DNA of 64,000 nucleotides from Centroscyllium fabricii (lineage: Eukaryota), in assembly GCA_051313645.2 (NCBI GenBank), contig JBNRSN020000027.1:41168001-41232000 (forward strand). The letters run 5' to 3'. The notes beneath the pieces were generated by a model. The model did no database searches. It was not told the origin of the DNA and saw only the letters and a list, made by a program, of their open reading frames with translations. This document shows, one piece after another, positions 51,230 through 63,140 of this stretch. Made by a program: the position numbers and the translations under genes. The number at the start of each line of letters is the position of its first letter. Within the stretch, counting starts at the first letter, position 1.

Positions 51230-51866
51230 GTATGTTGGCCTTCATAGCGAAAGGGTTTGAGTACAGGAACAAGCATGTCCTGCTGCAGTTGTACAGGGCC
51301 TTGGTGAGACCACACCTTGAGTACCGTGTGCAGTTTTGGTCGCCTTATCAGAGGAAGGGTGTTCTTGACATAGGAGTTCAGCGAAGATTCACAAGGCTGA
51401 TACCTGGGATGGCAGGAATGACGTATGAGGAGAGATTGGGTCGATTAGGCTTATACCCGCTGGAGTTTAGAAGAATGAGAGGGGATCTCATCAAAACTTA
51501 TAAAATTCTGACAGGTCTGGACAAACTAGACGCAGGAAGAATGTTCCCGATGGTCGGGGAGTCCAGAACCAGGGGTCATAGTCTAAGGATAAGAGGTTGG
51601 CCATTCAGGACAGAGATGAGGAAGAATTTCTTCACCCAGAGAGTGGTGAACCTGTGGAATTCTCTACCACAGAATGTAGTTGAGGCCAAGTCATTAAGTA
51701 TATTCAAGAAGGAGTTAGATATAGTTCTAAGAGCTGAAGGTATCGAGGGATATGGGGAGAAGGCAGGGACAGGGTACTGAGTTTGGATGATCAGCCAGGA
51801 TCTCATCGAATGGCGGCGCAGGCTCGAGGGGTCGAATGGCCTACTCCTGCTCCTATCTTCTATGTA
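51230..51866 (+). mobile_element. Young CR1 LINE 3' end
   Basis: Open frame LQLYRALVRPHLEYRVQFWSP...FFTQRVVNLWNSLP plus CR1 3' UTR. Confidence 0.9.
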
Positions 51867-52164
51867 TCACAGACAGGGTGGTACGGGAGTGTTACTAGTG
51901 GCCTCGGTGTCCCCTGGTTAAGGTGTGGGGGCATGAGAGGGAAACCAGCCAGAGTTGCTCCTCCTGAACACGATCTAGTAACCCTTGCTGGACGGTTCAG
52001 ATGTGTGCCTCTCAATTTGACCTTTGCATAACAACTGGTTGAGTTTTCAAAATGTCAATGAAATAGTTTTATATATATCAACTGTTTTGTGTATGTACAT
52101 GTTGCACATACATTTTTACAAGTTTTAAAAAAAAAGACAGAACAGCTAATATAGAAATTAAAAT

Positions 52165-52580
52165 ATAAACAGAAAATGCTGCAAATGCACAGCAGGTTCA
52201 GACTCAACGTTGAGTTCAACAATCAGATCATAACCACGACTCCCATTCTTTCCCCTGCTGCTGCTGGTGAGGATTCTGCTCTGGCCATTTACTCCTCCTC
52301 TAGACCCATCGTTTGTTACTTTACTCGTCCCATCAGCATCCTCTTTCGCCTCATCATCCTTTTTGTCATTTAATCTCTCCTGCCCTCCACCCTATCAGAC
52401 TTTCCCTTTTCTTTTTTGCTCCCCTCCCCTGCCTCTGTCCTTGCTTAAAACCAGTTACAGCTCTAACTTTTTCCAGTTCTGATAAAATTCTGTTCCCCTC
52501 TCCACAGATGTTGCCTGACCAGTGTATTTCCAGAATTTTCTGTTTGGATTTCAGATTTCCAGCCTCCGCAGTATTTTAAT
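52165..52580 (+). mobile_element. Penelope-like 3' end with short inverted tail
   Basis: gactcaacgttgagttcaacaat ORF end and cagatg..cctgacc tail as in the 44612 family. Confidence 0.6.
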
Positions 52581-52889
52581 TTTGAACGTAGAAATCAAAA
52601 TTGGTTTAGATCTGTACGCTGGCAGTTCTTGCCTTTTGATTGCAATGACACCCCAGGGCAAAAGCCAAGGGTGACTATATCAGGATCTTGACCAGACTAT
52701 TAACCAGGACATGAGGCCTCAATATTTGCATGTTCCATGACCCAAGGGTAATAAAACACCCAACAATGTTAACCTCAGCAAGAATTAGACAACGTAAGCT
52801 TGTTTTTAAAATGGTATAAAGAGATACAAAGTTTTACATAGAATGACACATGTTTCTAGACATACGACTCCGTGAACTACATAGTATTA

Positions 52890-53380
52890 CTGTACATAGA
52901 ATTTACAGCACGGAAACAGGCCACTCGGCCCAACAGGTCCATGCCAGTATTCATGCTCCACACGAGCCTCCTCCCACCCTTCTTCATCTAACCCCATCAA
53001 CATATCCTTCTATTCCTTTCTCTCTCGTGGTTATCTAGCTTCCCTTTAAATGCATTTATGCTAGTCACCTCAACTACTCCTTGTGGTAGCGAGTTCTATT
53101 ACCGCTCTCTGGGTAAACAAGTTTCTCCTGAATTCCCTATTGGATTTATTAGTGACAATCTTATATTTATAGCCCCTAGTTCTGGTCTCCACCACAAACA
53201 TCATCTCTATATCTACCCTATCGAACCCTTTCATAATCTTGAAGACCTCTTATCAGGTCACCCCTCAGTCTTCTCTTTTCTAGAGAAAAGATCCGCAGCC
53301 TGTTCAATCCTTCCTGAGTTCTGGTATCATTCTAGTCAATCTTTTTTGCTTTTTCTCCAGTGCCTCTATATCCTTTTTAT
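52890..53380 (-). mobile_element. CR1 LINE 3' fragment
   Basis: catagaatttacagcacggaaacaggccactcggccc is a reverse CR1 tail. Confidence 0.7.
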
Positions 53381-54096
53381 TATAGGAAAACTACGTGCAG
53401 AGTTCTGGTTTCAAGATGAATGTTTTGAAACAATAATAAATGTAGCTAATTCTCAGGCATACTACTGTCTCCAGCTTTTTAAATCGGTTATTAAAAAGGG
53501 TAAAGAAATTATCCCAACACATGCATCCTGTCAAGTAGCAGTTCCATTACTTCCTCCTGTCATGTTGATTTTCATCATGCTTTTCTGTCACAATTAAACT
53601 TGCTATTCATTGTACTTAACACCTCTGACTGAGTGTCTAAACTTGGTCTCCAAGTTGGTGGCATTGTTGCTTACCTACCCACTGAGGCCTCCTAGCTGCA
53701 TCTCCAAAATAGGTAGTGCTATTGCTCCCCACACCACCACAACCACCCACCTTGGACACACTACAATTTGGCTTGCTGTCTGCTCCCTCCTCACTGCCAC
53801 CTCCCGCATGCTTAACGACTCTTTCAACACCTGACCCAACCTCAAGCCCCTGCCATAGCCAACCCATTCTCCATCTGCATCAATCCCACCCAACCCAGCA
53901 TCAAGCTTTGAAGTCCCCTCCTCCTGCAGTGCTAAAAGCTGCATTCATGGCCATTACTGGGACCGTGACATACAACACCACTGGGGAGGAAGATGTGGCC
54001 TTGAAGTCATATTGGACATGCGTGCAGACTTATGGATTACTGAGAGGGGGGGGGGGAATTAAAACTTTCTGTACATTAAATACAAGAAACAATTAC

Positions 54097-54309
54097 CTGC
54101 AGAAGGAGTTGCTCGGATGACTTCCACTCCCTCAGGTAGGTTTAACTGCTGACTGTAGACTAATTCGGAGCTAAGTATCAGCTTGCTAGCAGTCTGAAGA
54201 TTAGCAACTGACGCAGAGCGTGGAAGAGAACTCAAAGTAGAAGTATTTGGAGATAGACTAAAGCCCTTTTCCTCTGGTACAGATAGCTGATTATCTGATG
54301 TGCTCACTT
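54097..54309 (-). CDS. DMXL2: DMXL2 coding exon (VSTSDNQLSVP...ANLQTASKLILSSELVYSQ...ATPSA)
   Basis: cag/gtaatt boundaries, 213 nt; overlaps ORF 54059..54307. Confidence 0.88.
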
Positions 54310-54799
54310 CTGTGATATTAGTTTTGTTGAGAGGAGAAAGAAAAACATAAAAAAGAAAAATTACAACTTTGAATTATTTTTCTAACAATCAGAGATGCTC
54401 CCTCAACAACCCAATATCAGTGAGGGTAAATGCACCACACTCTCTGATGCAAAGTCACACAGACCAAGATGTCTCGGGCTCAATTGTGAGTCTGTGCTGA
54501 GGGATCTAATCTCAGCCAGGGCAGTGCTTGGGACACGATAACTGCCCTCAGCATCCTGTAGTTGCTGGGGTGGGTGGAGATGGGAAATAATAGCTAGGGT
54601 TCCCACTTCTGATTGCTATCCAATCACCCTGCTGGAAAGTACATTTGTGTGACATCAGGCGAGGACAGCAATATGCTGTCTGTAATCCAACCTAGAGTAA
54701 AATAGCCTGGTGACATTTACTATCTATGCTTGTTTCGAAAGAACAGTCACTTGAGGAATTTATTGAAAACTGCTCCCAGTGGAATTGTACCCATACAAT

Positions 54800-55331
54800 G
54801 GGCCAGAATTTGCGGTCGGTCTGACAGCGCACTCTCAGTACAGCGTCATACCGCCTTTGAAACAGACAGCAAGTTTGGAATTTTCACATGTGCTTGCACT
54901 AAATCCTGAACTTACGATCTGTCAAGACAGATGATCCGCACTGACGGGGAAATCCTGATTTCAGGTGCAGAGTGGGGCTAATTGCCCAGCAATTACGTCT
55001 GAAAATTTTACGACTGGTGGAAACAGGCGCAGGGGAGACCTCCTGACAAATCCTCATTACTAGAGCCTTCCGGGATTTAATGTGAATAAACATCCATGTT
55101 ACAAATAACGAGAGGCCTCCCGTTTTCTGATTGGAGCACCGGCTCACGCGATCCCAGGTATAACTCCGCACATGGTGTGCCCCTGGGATCCGTGGGCCAC
55201 TACGCTGTCCTCTACTACACAGCGCCAAACAGCAAGTTCTCGAAGGAGGGTCCCCATCAGGTAAGTGCGCATTCTGTTTGGATGCCAGCGGCGTAATCCG
55301 TAGTTATGCCGCCAACTGCAAAATCAAGGCC
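54800..55331. mobile_element. Harbinger-like MITE
   Basis: GGGCCAGAATTTGCGGTCGG...CCAACTGCAAAATCAAGGCC, flanks aat/att. Confidence 0.65.
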
Positions 55332-55643
55332 ATTGTCATCAAGAAGGGATAAAAAATAACAAATTGGAAGACAATTATAAGAGTTTATATAAAAAGTTAC
55401 TTGTAAAGGAAAGTGTCGTTGGCTTGAAGCATCTTCAAGGAAGTTTATTTTACAATTATATACATATATAATATTCCTTGATGTGTAGAAACCCATTTTT
55501 CAACCTACTACTGAAGAGGTTTAAAAACATACAAAAATGTGCACTGAACATTAAACTGAAGCCAGGTAGTGCGATATAAACTTTATATATATTCTCTCAA
55601 GTTGAATCATAATTTACTGTTCCAACCAAGTAAGTATCATAAT

Positions 55644-56422
55644 GGCCCAGAAATTAGGGCCGCTTCGCGTGAGTACGGAGCGGGTACTCACGCGTGCGGC
55701 CCTTGGAATTGCAGGTAGACGCCATTTCCCGCGCATGCGTGGGATACCTGCAATTCCGATGAAGGGCGGGGGGGGGGGGGGGTGGTCGGGAGCTGCAGCG
55801 CGTTGGCCTGCGTACCAGGAGGTGCGCAGTGCACTTCTGATTTTTTTCCAAGTTTTTCATCGGGGTAAGTATCGGGAAAGTTACGGCTGAAAATATCAGC
55901 CGTAACGACCCCTTTTTAGCAGGCAAGTCTTTATTTTATTGAATTGAAGTATTTTTTTGTTTAAAAAAGATTTTTAATTTTTTTAAACTTTAAAGACAGG
56001 TAAGTATTTTTTTAGGGCAGTTAAAAACGTAAAATATTTTTACAAAATTTTTATTTTTAGTTTAAAATAGGTAATTTATGTTAGTTATAGTAATGTTAAA
56101 AAATGTGATGTTTTTTAAAAATTTATTTTACTGTTTACTGTGTTTTTGGGGCTCTTCCATTTCATAACTTTGACAGATCTCTCTGTCAAAGTTATGAATG
56201 GAGGATTCTTTCCAGTGATTGGCGTCCCGCGGACCACGTGGTCCCGCGGGGAGCTTCTCCACTAACTCTGACGCTGAGTTGCCTCAGCACGTCGCGTGGG
56301 GCCTGGAGCAAGACCTGGAATCGGGATTTCAAACCCCAGAAGAGGACAACGGCAGGTGCGCTCCGTAAGTGTGGGTTGGAGGCTTGCACTCGCAGGAAGC
56401 CTCCAACCCGAATTTCTGGGCC
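55644..56422. mobile_element. Harbinger-like MITE, perfect 12-bp TIR GGCCCAGAAATT, AT-rich core
   Basis: TIRs visible. Confidence 0.75.
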
Positions 56423-56783
56423 ATTAAAATATTCTGGGATGATCAGCGGGCTCCATATCTGTGGTTTATAATTTGAATCGCATAATCTTATGGTCAAAGC
56501 GAATTTATTAAATTCAGGTAGAATAGGTTTCAGCTAAAATACTTTACAGTATCTGTTCAAATTAAAAAGGCCCCTTAGCCCATTTGACTTCATCCATCCA
56601 GAATACCATCCTACTCTCTTACCATTACATCCTGTAGCTATTTCTTAAAGAGTCAAGTGTCCTAGCCTCAACCACTCTTGTTGGCTGTTGATCATCTTCT
56701 GTGTATAGAAATACTTTCTGACCTCTGACTCTATGACCTCTTCTTTTTAGGTAGCACATGAAAACTCTTGCTATTTGGTTATA

Positions 56784-57186
56784 CAGGCTGAGCACCGTTA
56801 ATTCGGCACGGTCGGGGCCAGGACCGTGCCGAATTTTTGAAAAATCCGAATAATTGAAGTTCGCCGAGCGCATGCGCAGCCCATTCAAAATGTCCGCCGC
56901 AAAATTTTGAATGGTCTGCGCATGCGCTTGCCGAGAGGCCCGGGCATGCGCAGCCAAGCGTGGCAGCCATTTTGCGCAAGCGCAGGGCAGTCGGGCAGAG
57001 GCCTTGGCATGCGCAGCCACACGCGGCGGCCATTTTGCGTATGCGCAGGGCAGTCGGGGAGAGGCCTGGGCATGCGCAGCCAAGCGCGGTGGCCATTTTG
57101 CGCGTGCGCGCACCAGTCGGCCAGATTCATGCCGGACTTTTGAAGTTGCCGGACAAACGATGTCCGGATTAACGGTGCTCAACCTG
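56784..57186. mobile_element. Tigger-like TA-TSD MITE with motif arrays
   Basis: TA-CAGGCTGAGCACCGTTAAT...ATTAACGGTGCTCAACCTG-TA. Confidence 0.85.
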
Positions 57187-57291
57187 TATAGTTACGTAGC
57201 ATAAACCTGCTAGTAAAAATTTCATCTATATTTTGTTCTTAAATGAAGGGTTCAGTAAGCCCACTTCAGTACTGTATTTGCAAATACCTAC

Positions 57292-57408
57292 CCACACGAG
57301 GCTGCACAGATTTCAAATGGAGATGCCACATGTGAAGAACAGATTGCCTCTTGTCTCTTTCTATCACCACAAGGTAGAACTTCTCAGAGAATGACGGTGC
57401 ACGATATC
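57292..57408 (-). CDS. DMXL2: DMXL2 coding exon (YRAPSFSEKFYLVVIE...HMWHLHLKSVQPRV)
   Basis: ag/gtaggt boundaries, 117 nt, phase 1-1. Confidence 0.9.
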
Positions 57409-57967
57409 CTTAAATAACAGAAGTTTAAATAACTCAAAAAGCAACCAAAATTACCACTGTAATCAAAGACAGTGTTACAATAAAATTCTGTGCCTGGCAA
57501 TCATTTATGAAAATCCAGCATAAGTGCAGAAGATTGAAAACAAAAAGAAAGAAATGTCATTTACATAGTGGTATATCATGTCCTCAGAGTGTCTCAAAGT
57601 GTTTCTGAAGTGTAGTCACGGTTAGCCAGGCAAACATGGCAGCCAATTGTGTACAGCAAATAAGATGAATGCCCAGTTGATGGAACAGTGTTGGGAAACT
57701 CCCTGCTCTTATTCGGAGTGGCGACATTGGATCTTTTACGACCACTTAACATTTCATCCAAACATCAGCACCTCAACAATGCAGTGTTCCCTCAGTATTG
57801 CACGATACATCAGTTTAGATTATATGCTTAAATCCTGGAATGCGGCTTGAACCCATCGCCATCAGACTCGGAGGCAAGACTGCTACCAACTAAGCCAAAG
57901 TGATATTATATATATGATTTAATCAAAGTGCACCATGTTAAAATCCCTTATAATTGATGTTGCATAC

Positions 57968-58085
57968 CTTGTGCAGGTTGAGTAAAAGGAAATTCTTGCT
58001 CCTTATTCATTTCTTCTTTCTGTGGTTTATATCCCAAAATAAAATCTTCTTGAAACACATGAAGTAGTTGTGTGTTTGAGCCACA
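57968..58085 (-). CDS. DMXL2: DMXL2 coding exon (CGSNTQLLHVFQEDFILGYKP...PAQ)
   Basis: ag/gtatgc boundaries, 118 nt, recognisable peptide. Confidence 0.9.
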
Positions 58086-58354
58086 CTGAAACAGGAATAT
58101 AGTAAGAAGTGGTGTTAGTCACACGCATGCATAATGAATAGTATAAAATGATCACTGAAAATTATTTGCAATTTTAATCGAACTGTCTTTATTAAACATG
58201 CTGTTATACTGTAGGTCCTAGCTGTCTCATGCCAGTACCTGTACAGCATGATGCGGGGCTGTTCCAAGTTATGCTGCCAGCTGTGCATCGCTTGCCCACC
58301 AGTGATAAAGAAGCCTGCTCACCAGTTAGTCAATTAGCTCTCTCCTAACACAAA

Positions 58355-59153
58355 GGGCTGGATTTTCACTGGTCCATGGAGTCAGGATTGGAGGCGTGTG
58401 GGAGTTTAAAATCCCGAATTCGGGGATCCTGACCCTATCCCACTCACAACCCACCTCCATGCCAGTTTCAAATGTGGCGGGTACCCGGCCCACACTGGGA
58501 CCCGCCTCCCCGAGACAGGAAGGGGATTAGTGCCAATTAACTGCCTATTAACAGGTAGTTTACAGGCAGTTTTTAGCCTAATCCCTATTTTCATATTTGA
58601 AATGTGGGATTCCCGACGGCTCCAGACCACGCCAAGTTAGCAAGGCAAGCCTTCGAGATGAAGGGCTTGGAGGGGTCGACATGTCCGGTGTTCAGGTGAG
58701 TGACAGGTAAAGTGTTTAAAGAAGTATTACTAACCTTTATAGCCTTCCTTCCTTCAGGTCTTGGGCGTCCCTCACCTCACCGGCACAGAAAGTAGAATGG
58801 CTGTGAACTGTCAAAAGTTCCAGCATTCAGCTTTCTGTTCCGGAGAGATCTCTAAATCATCCTGAGAGGAAGGAATTAACTTGGAGTACAGATTGTCAGT
58901 GTTTGACAGTTTCAAACAGCTGTGAAATGCGGATATGTCATCTGTCAAAAGGTCTTGACAGAGGAAATGTCAATCTGTGACGTCACCTGTTGCCGGGTGG
59001 CCCTTAATTGGCCTGCAGAGCCCACTGGGCGGTTCAACAAGGTCAATCAAGTGGAAATCGCGTGGGTTGGCTACAACTTGATGGAGGCGGGACTACAACC
59101 CTGAAAGTTGTAGTCCCGCCTCCTACCCAACTCCTCAAATAAAAATACAGCCC
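58355..59153. mobile_element. Harbinger-like MITE (19107 family, opposite orientation)
   Basis: GGGCTGGATTTT...AAAATACAGCCC. Confidence 0.85.
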
Positions 59154-59768
59154 AATGTCTGGGCAATTTTTAAACTTGGTTTGGATGGAGTTATTTTACA
59201 TACATTGTGAAGCCCAAATGGCGAGACTACAACCTGATTTTGGAGTTTTGCCCACATAGCAATAACTGCACTTCAAAAGAAATTCATTCGTTACAAAGCA
59301 CTCTGGGTTGTCCCAAGATAAGGCACTAAATAAATACAAGTTCTTTACTCATTTGTAACACTGCTGTTACGTTGCATCAACGCAAAACTGATGTAAAATG
59401 GCACATTAAATTTGGATTTACAAATACGATGGCATGACTATTATCTGCAATTTTGATTTAAAAAATGCACTTCTCATAGAATCATAGAATCCCTACAGCG
59501 CAGGTAGAGGCCATTTCGGGCCATCGAGCCTGCACCGACACAGATCCCACCCTATCCCCGTAACCCCACATATTTAATCCCCCGAACACTAAGGGTCAAT
59601 TTATCCTGGCCAATCAACCTAACCCACACATCTATTAAACAAGTTACAAAATAAAGAACACAAAGCAGCATGTCAAAAAAACCCCGAACCATCAAAATGA
59701 CATTGCATCTTCTAATATGCTGGTGGGTATTGTATAGCAACTGTAATAAATCATTCCTGAATCATATA

Positions 59769-60636
59769 CAAGTTGTGCACCTTTAATCCGCGCAGATCAT
59801 TCACCATGGCTGGCAAAGTTTTTAATGATCGGCGCATGCGCTGCCGAACGATCCCGGGCCGGGCCTTCCCGAGCCTCGCCTTACCGGGCCGGGGCTTCCC
59901 GAGCCAGGCCGGGGCTTCCCGAGCTGGGCCTCGCCTTACCAAGCCGGGGCTTCCCGAGCCAAGCCGAGCCTTACCGAGCCGGGGCTTCCCGAGCCGGGCC
60001 TCGCCTCTCCTTACCGAGCCTCGCCTTCCCGAGCCGGGCCAGGGCTTCCCGAGCCGGGCCTTGCCTCGCCTTACTGAGCCTTCCCGAGCCAGGCCGGGGC
60101 TTCCCGAGCCGGGCCTTGCCTCGCCTTACTGAGCCTTCCCGAGCCAAGCCGAGCCTTACCGAGCCGGGGCTTCCCGAGCCAGGCCTCGCCTCTCCTTACC
60201 GAGCTGGGGCTTCCCGAGCTGGGCCTCGCCTTACCAAGCCGGGGCTTCCCGAGCTGGGCCGAGCCTTACCAAGCCGGGGCTTCCCGAGCCGGGCCGAGCC
60301 TTACCAAGCCGGGGCTTCCCGAGCCAAGCCGAGCCTTACCAAGCCGGGGCTTCCCGAGCTGGGCCTCGCCTCTCCTTACCGAGCCGGGCCAGGGCTTCCC
60401 GAGCCGGGCCTTGCCTCGCCTTACTGAGCCTTCCCGAGCCAGGCCGGGGCTCTCCGAGCCAGGCCTTACCGAACGATAAGCGCATGCGCAGACCACTCAG
60501 AATGGTCGCCGGCCTTTTGCGGTGGCCATTTTGAATGGTCCACGCATGCGCTCGCCGAAGCTTCAATCGTTCGGGATTTTCACTTTCCCGGCATGGGCCT
60601 GGTCCTGCCCGTGCCGGATTAACGGTGCTCAACCTG
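59769..60636. mobile_element. Tigger-like TA-TSD MITE with expanded GC-rich minisatellite (about 59855-60470)
   Basis: TA-CAAGTTGTGCACCTTTAATCCG...CGGATTAACGGTGCTCAACCTG-TA; ccgagccggggcttc/ccttac units. Confidence 0.8.
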
Positions 60637-61152
60637 TATAAACAAACTAAGGAGAGAACCATAAATAAACTAGATTGGAGCATTATAATTAGTACCTAAT
60701 TAATAATGTTCAAATCTTTAGGAATAACCAGCCTTCCTTAGACACTGGAGCCACTTTGTCCAGAATTGCTACTTCCTGTACCATGCAAGTCCAGGTCACA
60801 AAATATGGAACATGGAAACAGGAGTAGGCCATTCTGTTCAGCATTTGTGCAGGACGTTTTCCAACTATTCAGAATACATTTTCTAAACAAGTATATACCG
60901 TTGAATGAAATAATCCAATCTGCAAAATCAAACTGGTCCCTTAAAATAGGCATAGCCAGGAGATAAAAGACAGATTTTTTTTAATCCCTTGAGGAAAGAA
61001 GAAAATGATTCCCATTAAGTAATCTAATCTACTTTTTTCCTTAGGTCTGTCCATTCAAACAATACTTGAGAGTTAGCTACCTTAGCATTTTATTCATTTA
61101 AAAAAAGTCCTCACAAATATGAAGTCAAATGATGCCTAAAGAAAGTTACCAT

Positions 61153-61995
61153 GATGTGGAGGTGCCGGTGTTGGACTGGGGTGGACAATTGTAAGAAGTC
61201 ACATGACACCAGGTTACAGTCCAACAGTTTTATTTGAAATCACAAGCTTTCGGAGCGCAGCTCCTTCATCAGGTGCATGTAAATATATTTAACTAGGGAG
61301 AGAACAATGTAGTCTCTCCAACTGTTCAACATCACACCTCAGCAGAAAGACATCAAAGCAATCAAAGGTGTTCTAACATATCAGTCAGGCATCAGCCTGA
61401 GATCAATGAGGTGCAGTCACAAAGGGTCAAATATTGCAGTCTGGTGTCTGTGTGAAAACCCACAGAATGGTTTATTAAAAAAAAAAGGATTTTTCTTACT
61501 GGAAATCGCAGCTGCATCCGTGTAGTGAGAACAAGCCAAAGACGACTCGAGTCTGGATGACTCTACGTCAGGCGGGGTCACATGTAGAGCGACATGAAGC
61601 CAATATCACGGTTGAGGCTATGCTCATGGGTGCGGAACTTGGCTATCAGCCTCTGCTCGACGATTTTGCATTGTGTGTCTCGAAGGCCGCCTTGGAGAAT
61701 GCTTACCCGAAGATCGGAGGCTGAATGTCCTTGACTGTTGAAGTGTTCCCCGACTGGGAGGGAACACTCCTGCCTGGCGATTGTTGTGCGGTGTTCGTTC
61801 ATCCGTTGTCATAGTGTCTGCATGGTCTCGACGATGTACCATGCTCCGGGGCATCCTTTCCTGCACCGTATGAGGTTGACAAACTCGACCAACATTGTCT
61901 ACCTCATACGTTGCAGGAAAGGATGCCCCGGAGCATGGTACATCGGCGAGACCATGCAGACACTACGACAATGGATGAACAGACACCGCACAACA
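61153..61995 (-). mobile_element. Penelope-like element 3' portion with GIY-YIG remnant and inverted segment
   Basis: IVYLIRCRKGCPGAWYIGET motif; ...LPVGEHFNSQGH...LNRDIGF; same tail as 28588. Confidence 0.88.
61241..61275 (-). ncRNA. Minimal hammerhead ribozyme motif, sense to DMXL2
   Basis: Reverse complement: cac-CTGATGA-aggagc tgc gctcc-GAAA-gcTT-gtg. Confidence 0.75.
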
Positions 61996-62386
61996 GTACA
62001 TTATTAGAACTTGGGCTACAAGTCACAGAGCAGATGCATGTGGAGAGAATCACCTTCAAATGTAATGACATGAATAAAAGGGACCATGTCCCATTAGTGG
62101 CAGAGTAACAATGCAAAATACATTCTACTAGCCAAAGGAATAGTCAATCCTTTAAAAATAAGCTTCCAGACTGTTTTCCCCTGCCTCCTTCCCCCGATTT
62201 CATAGAAAATACAAGTCAGATTGAAATTTATGAATTGTTTAGCCCATTTTTCATAGAATGAAAGTACCCTACAAATGTCCAAGTGATCAAATTTATACTT
62301 GACTGTGACAACGTAGAAAAATTGCTTTTAACAGAAGGAATTCATGTATGAAAATCTGAAAAAAATTACCTACTGACAAAGATTAA

Positions 62387-63140
62387 GGGCTGGATTTTAC
62401 CAGCCCTGAGGAGGCGGGATGCTGGGAAAATCAAAAAGAATGGGAACGGGTCCCGAACCCGCTTCCAACCAATCTTCCCGGGAGTCAGGTCCCCGATTTG
62501 CGCAGGGACGGGAAGCAGATTATAGCCACGTAACTGCCTGTTAACAGGCAGTTAAGAGGTTTTTTCCCATTTTGTGACTTCTGCTGCGGGCTTCCCAACG
62601 TCAGGGAACCCCGCCAGGGTAAGTGAGGCATGCTGTGGGTCTGTTGTAATGTTTGTGTATAGATGACAGCTGCAGGAGTGGCGTGAAGGATCCAATGGGA
62701 CACTGGTGAGTATCGGAGGTAAGGAAATGTTGGGAAAGTCATTTTTAATGTATTTACATTTTTCTGTAGGTGACGAGCTTTGAAGTGTTTGTGTGGCCTG
62801 GCCTCATTGGGGGAAGTGACAGATCGTTTCTGTACCCTCATCTGCAGCTGCCATCTGTTTTATCCCAAGGCGAGAGTCATTTGAGAGCCTCAATGCTGTC
62901 AAACCATCTGTCAAAAATAGATGGTTCATGTCCCTTTAAGAAAACCGGTAGATGAAGAGTGATCAACTGACGTCATCTGGCACCAGCTTGCCCTTAATTG
63001 GCCAGCAAGTCGGCAGGGCGGGCTTCACAAGGCCAATCGGAGAAAATAGCGTCTGTGCATCAACGTCGCTGGGGACGGGACTAGAACCCAGAAGGCAGCA
63101 GTCCTGCCCCCAATTTGTCTCGGTAAGTAAAATCCAGCCC
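62387..63140. mobile_element. Harbinger-like MITE, perfect 14-bp TIR GGGCTGGATTTTAC
   Basis: TIRs visible; flanks taa/gaa. Confidence 0.8.

Larger units (their letters stand above)
432..58085 (-). other. DMXL2: DMXL2 (Rabconnectin-3 alpha) gene, internal part, 23 coding exons in window
   Basis: Spliced translation matches recalled DMXL2 peptides (FQEDFILGYKP, HMWHLHLKSVQ, LPQYHPTQLLELMDLGK, WRKAALKNAF, RRRFNMKMLVPGRPVK, NEIVLASTHDVQELD). All introns GT-AG with consistent phases. Confidence 0.95.

Noticed and set aside
432-58085. DMXL1 as alternative identity
   Set aside because: Peptides such as FQEDFILGYKP, RRRFNMKMLVPGRPVK and YTWIGEE fit DMXL2 better as I recall it; reciprocal BLAST would settle it
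59773-60683. Pro/Arg-rich ORFs up to 200 aa
   Set aside because: Artefact of a stop-poor minisatellite
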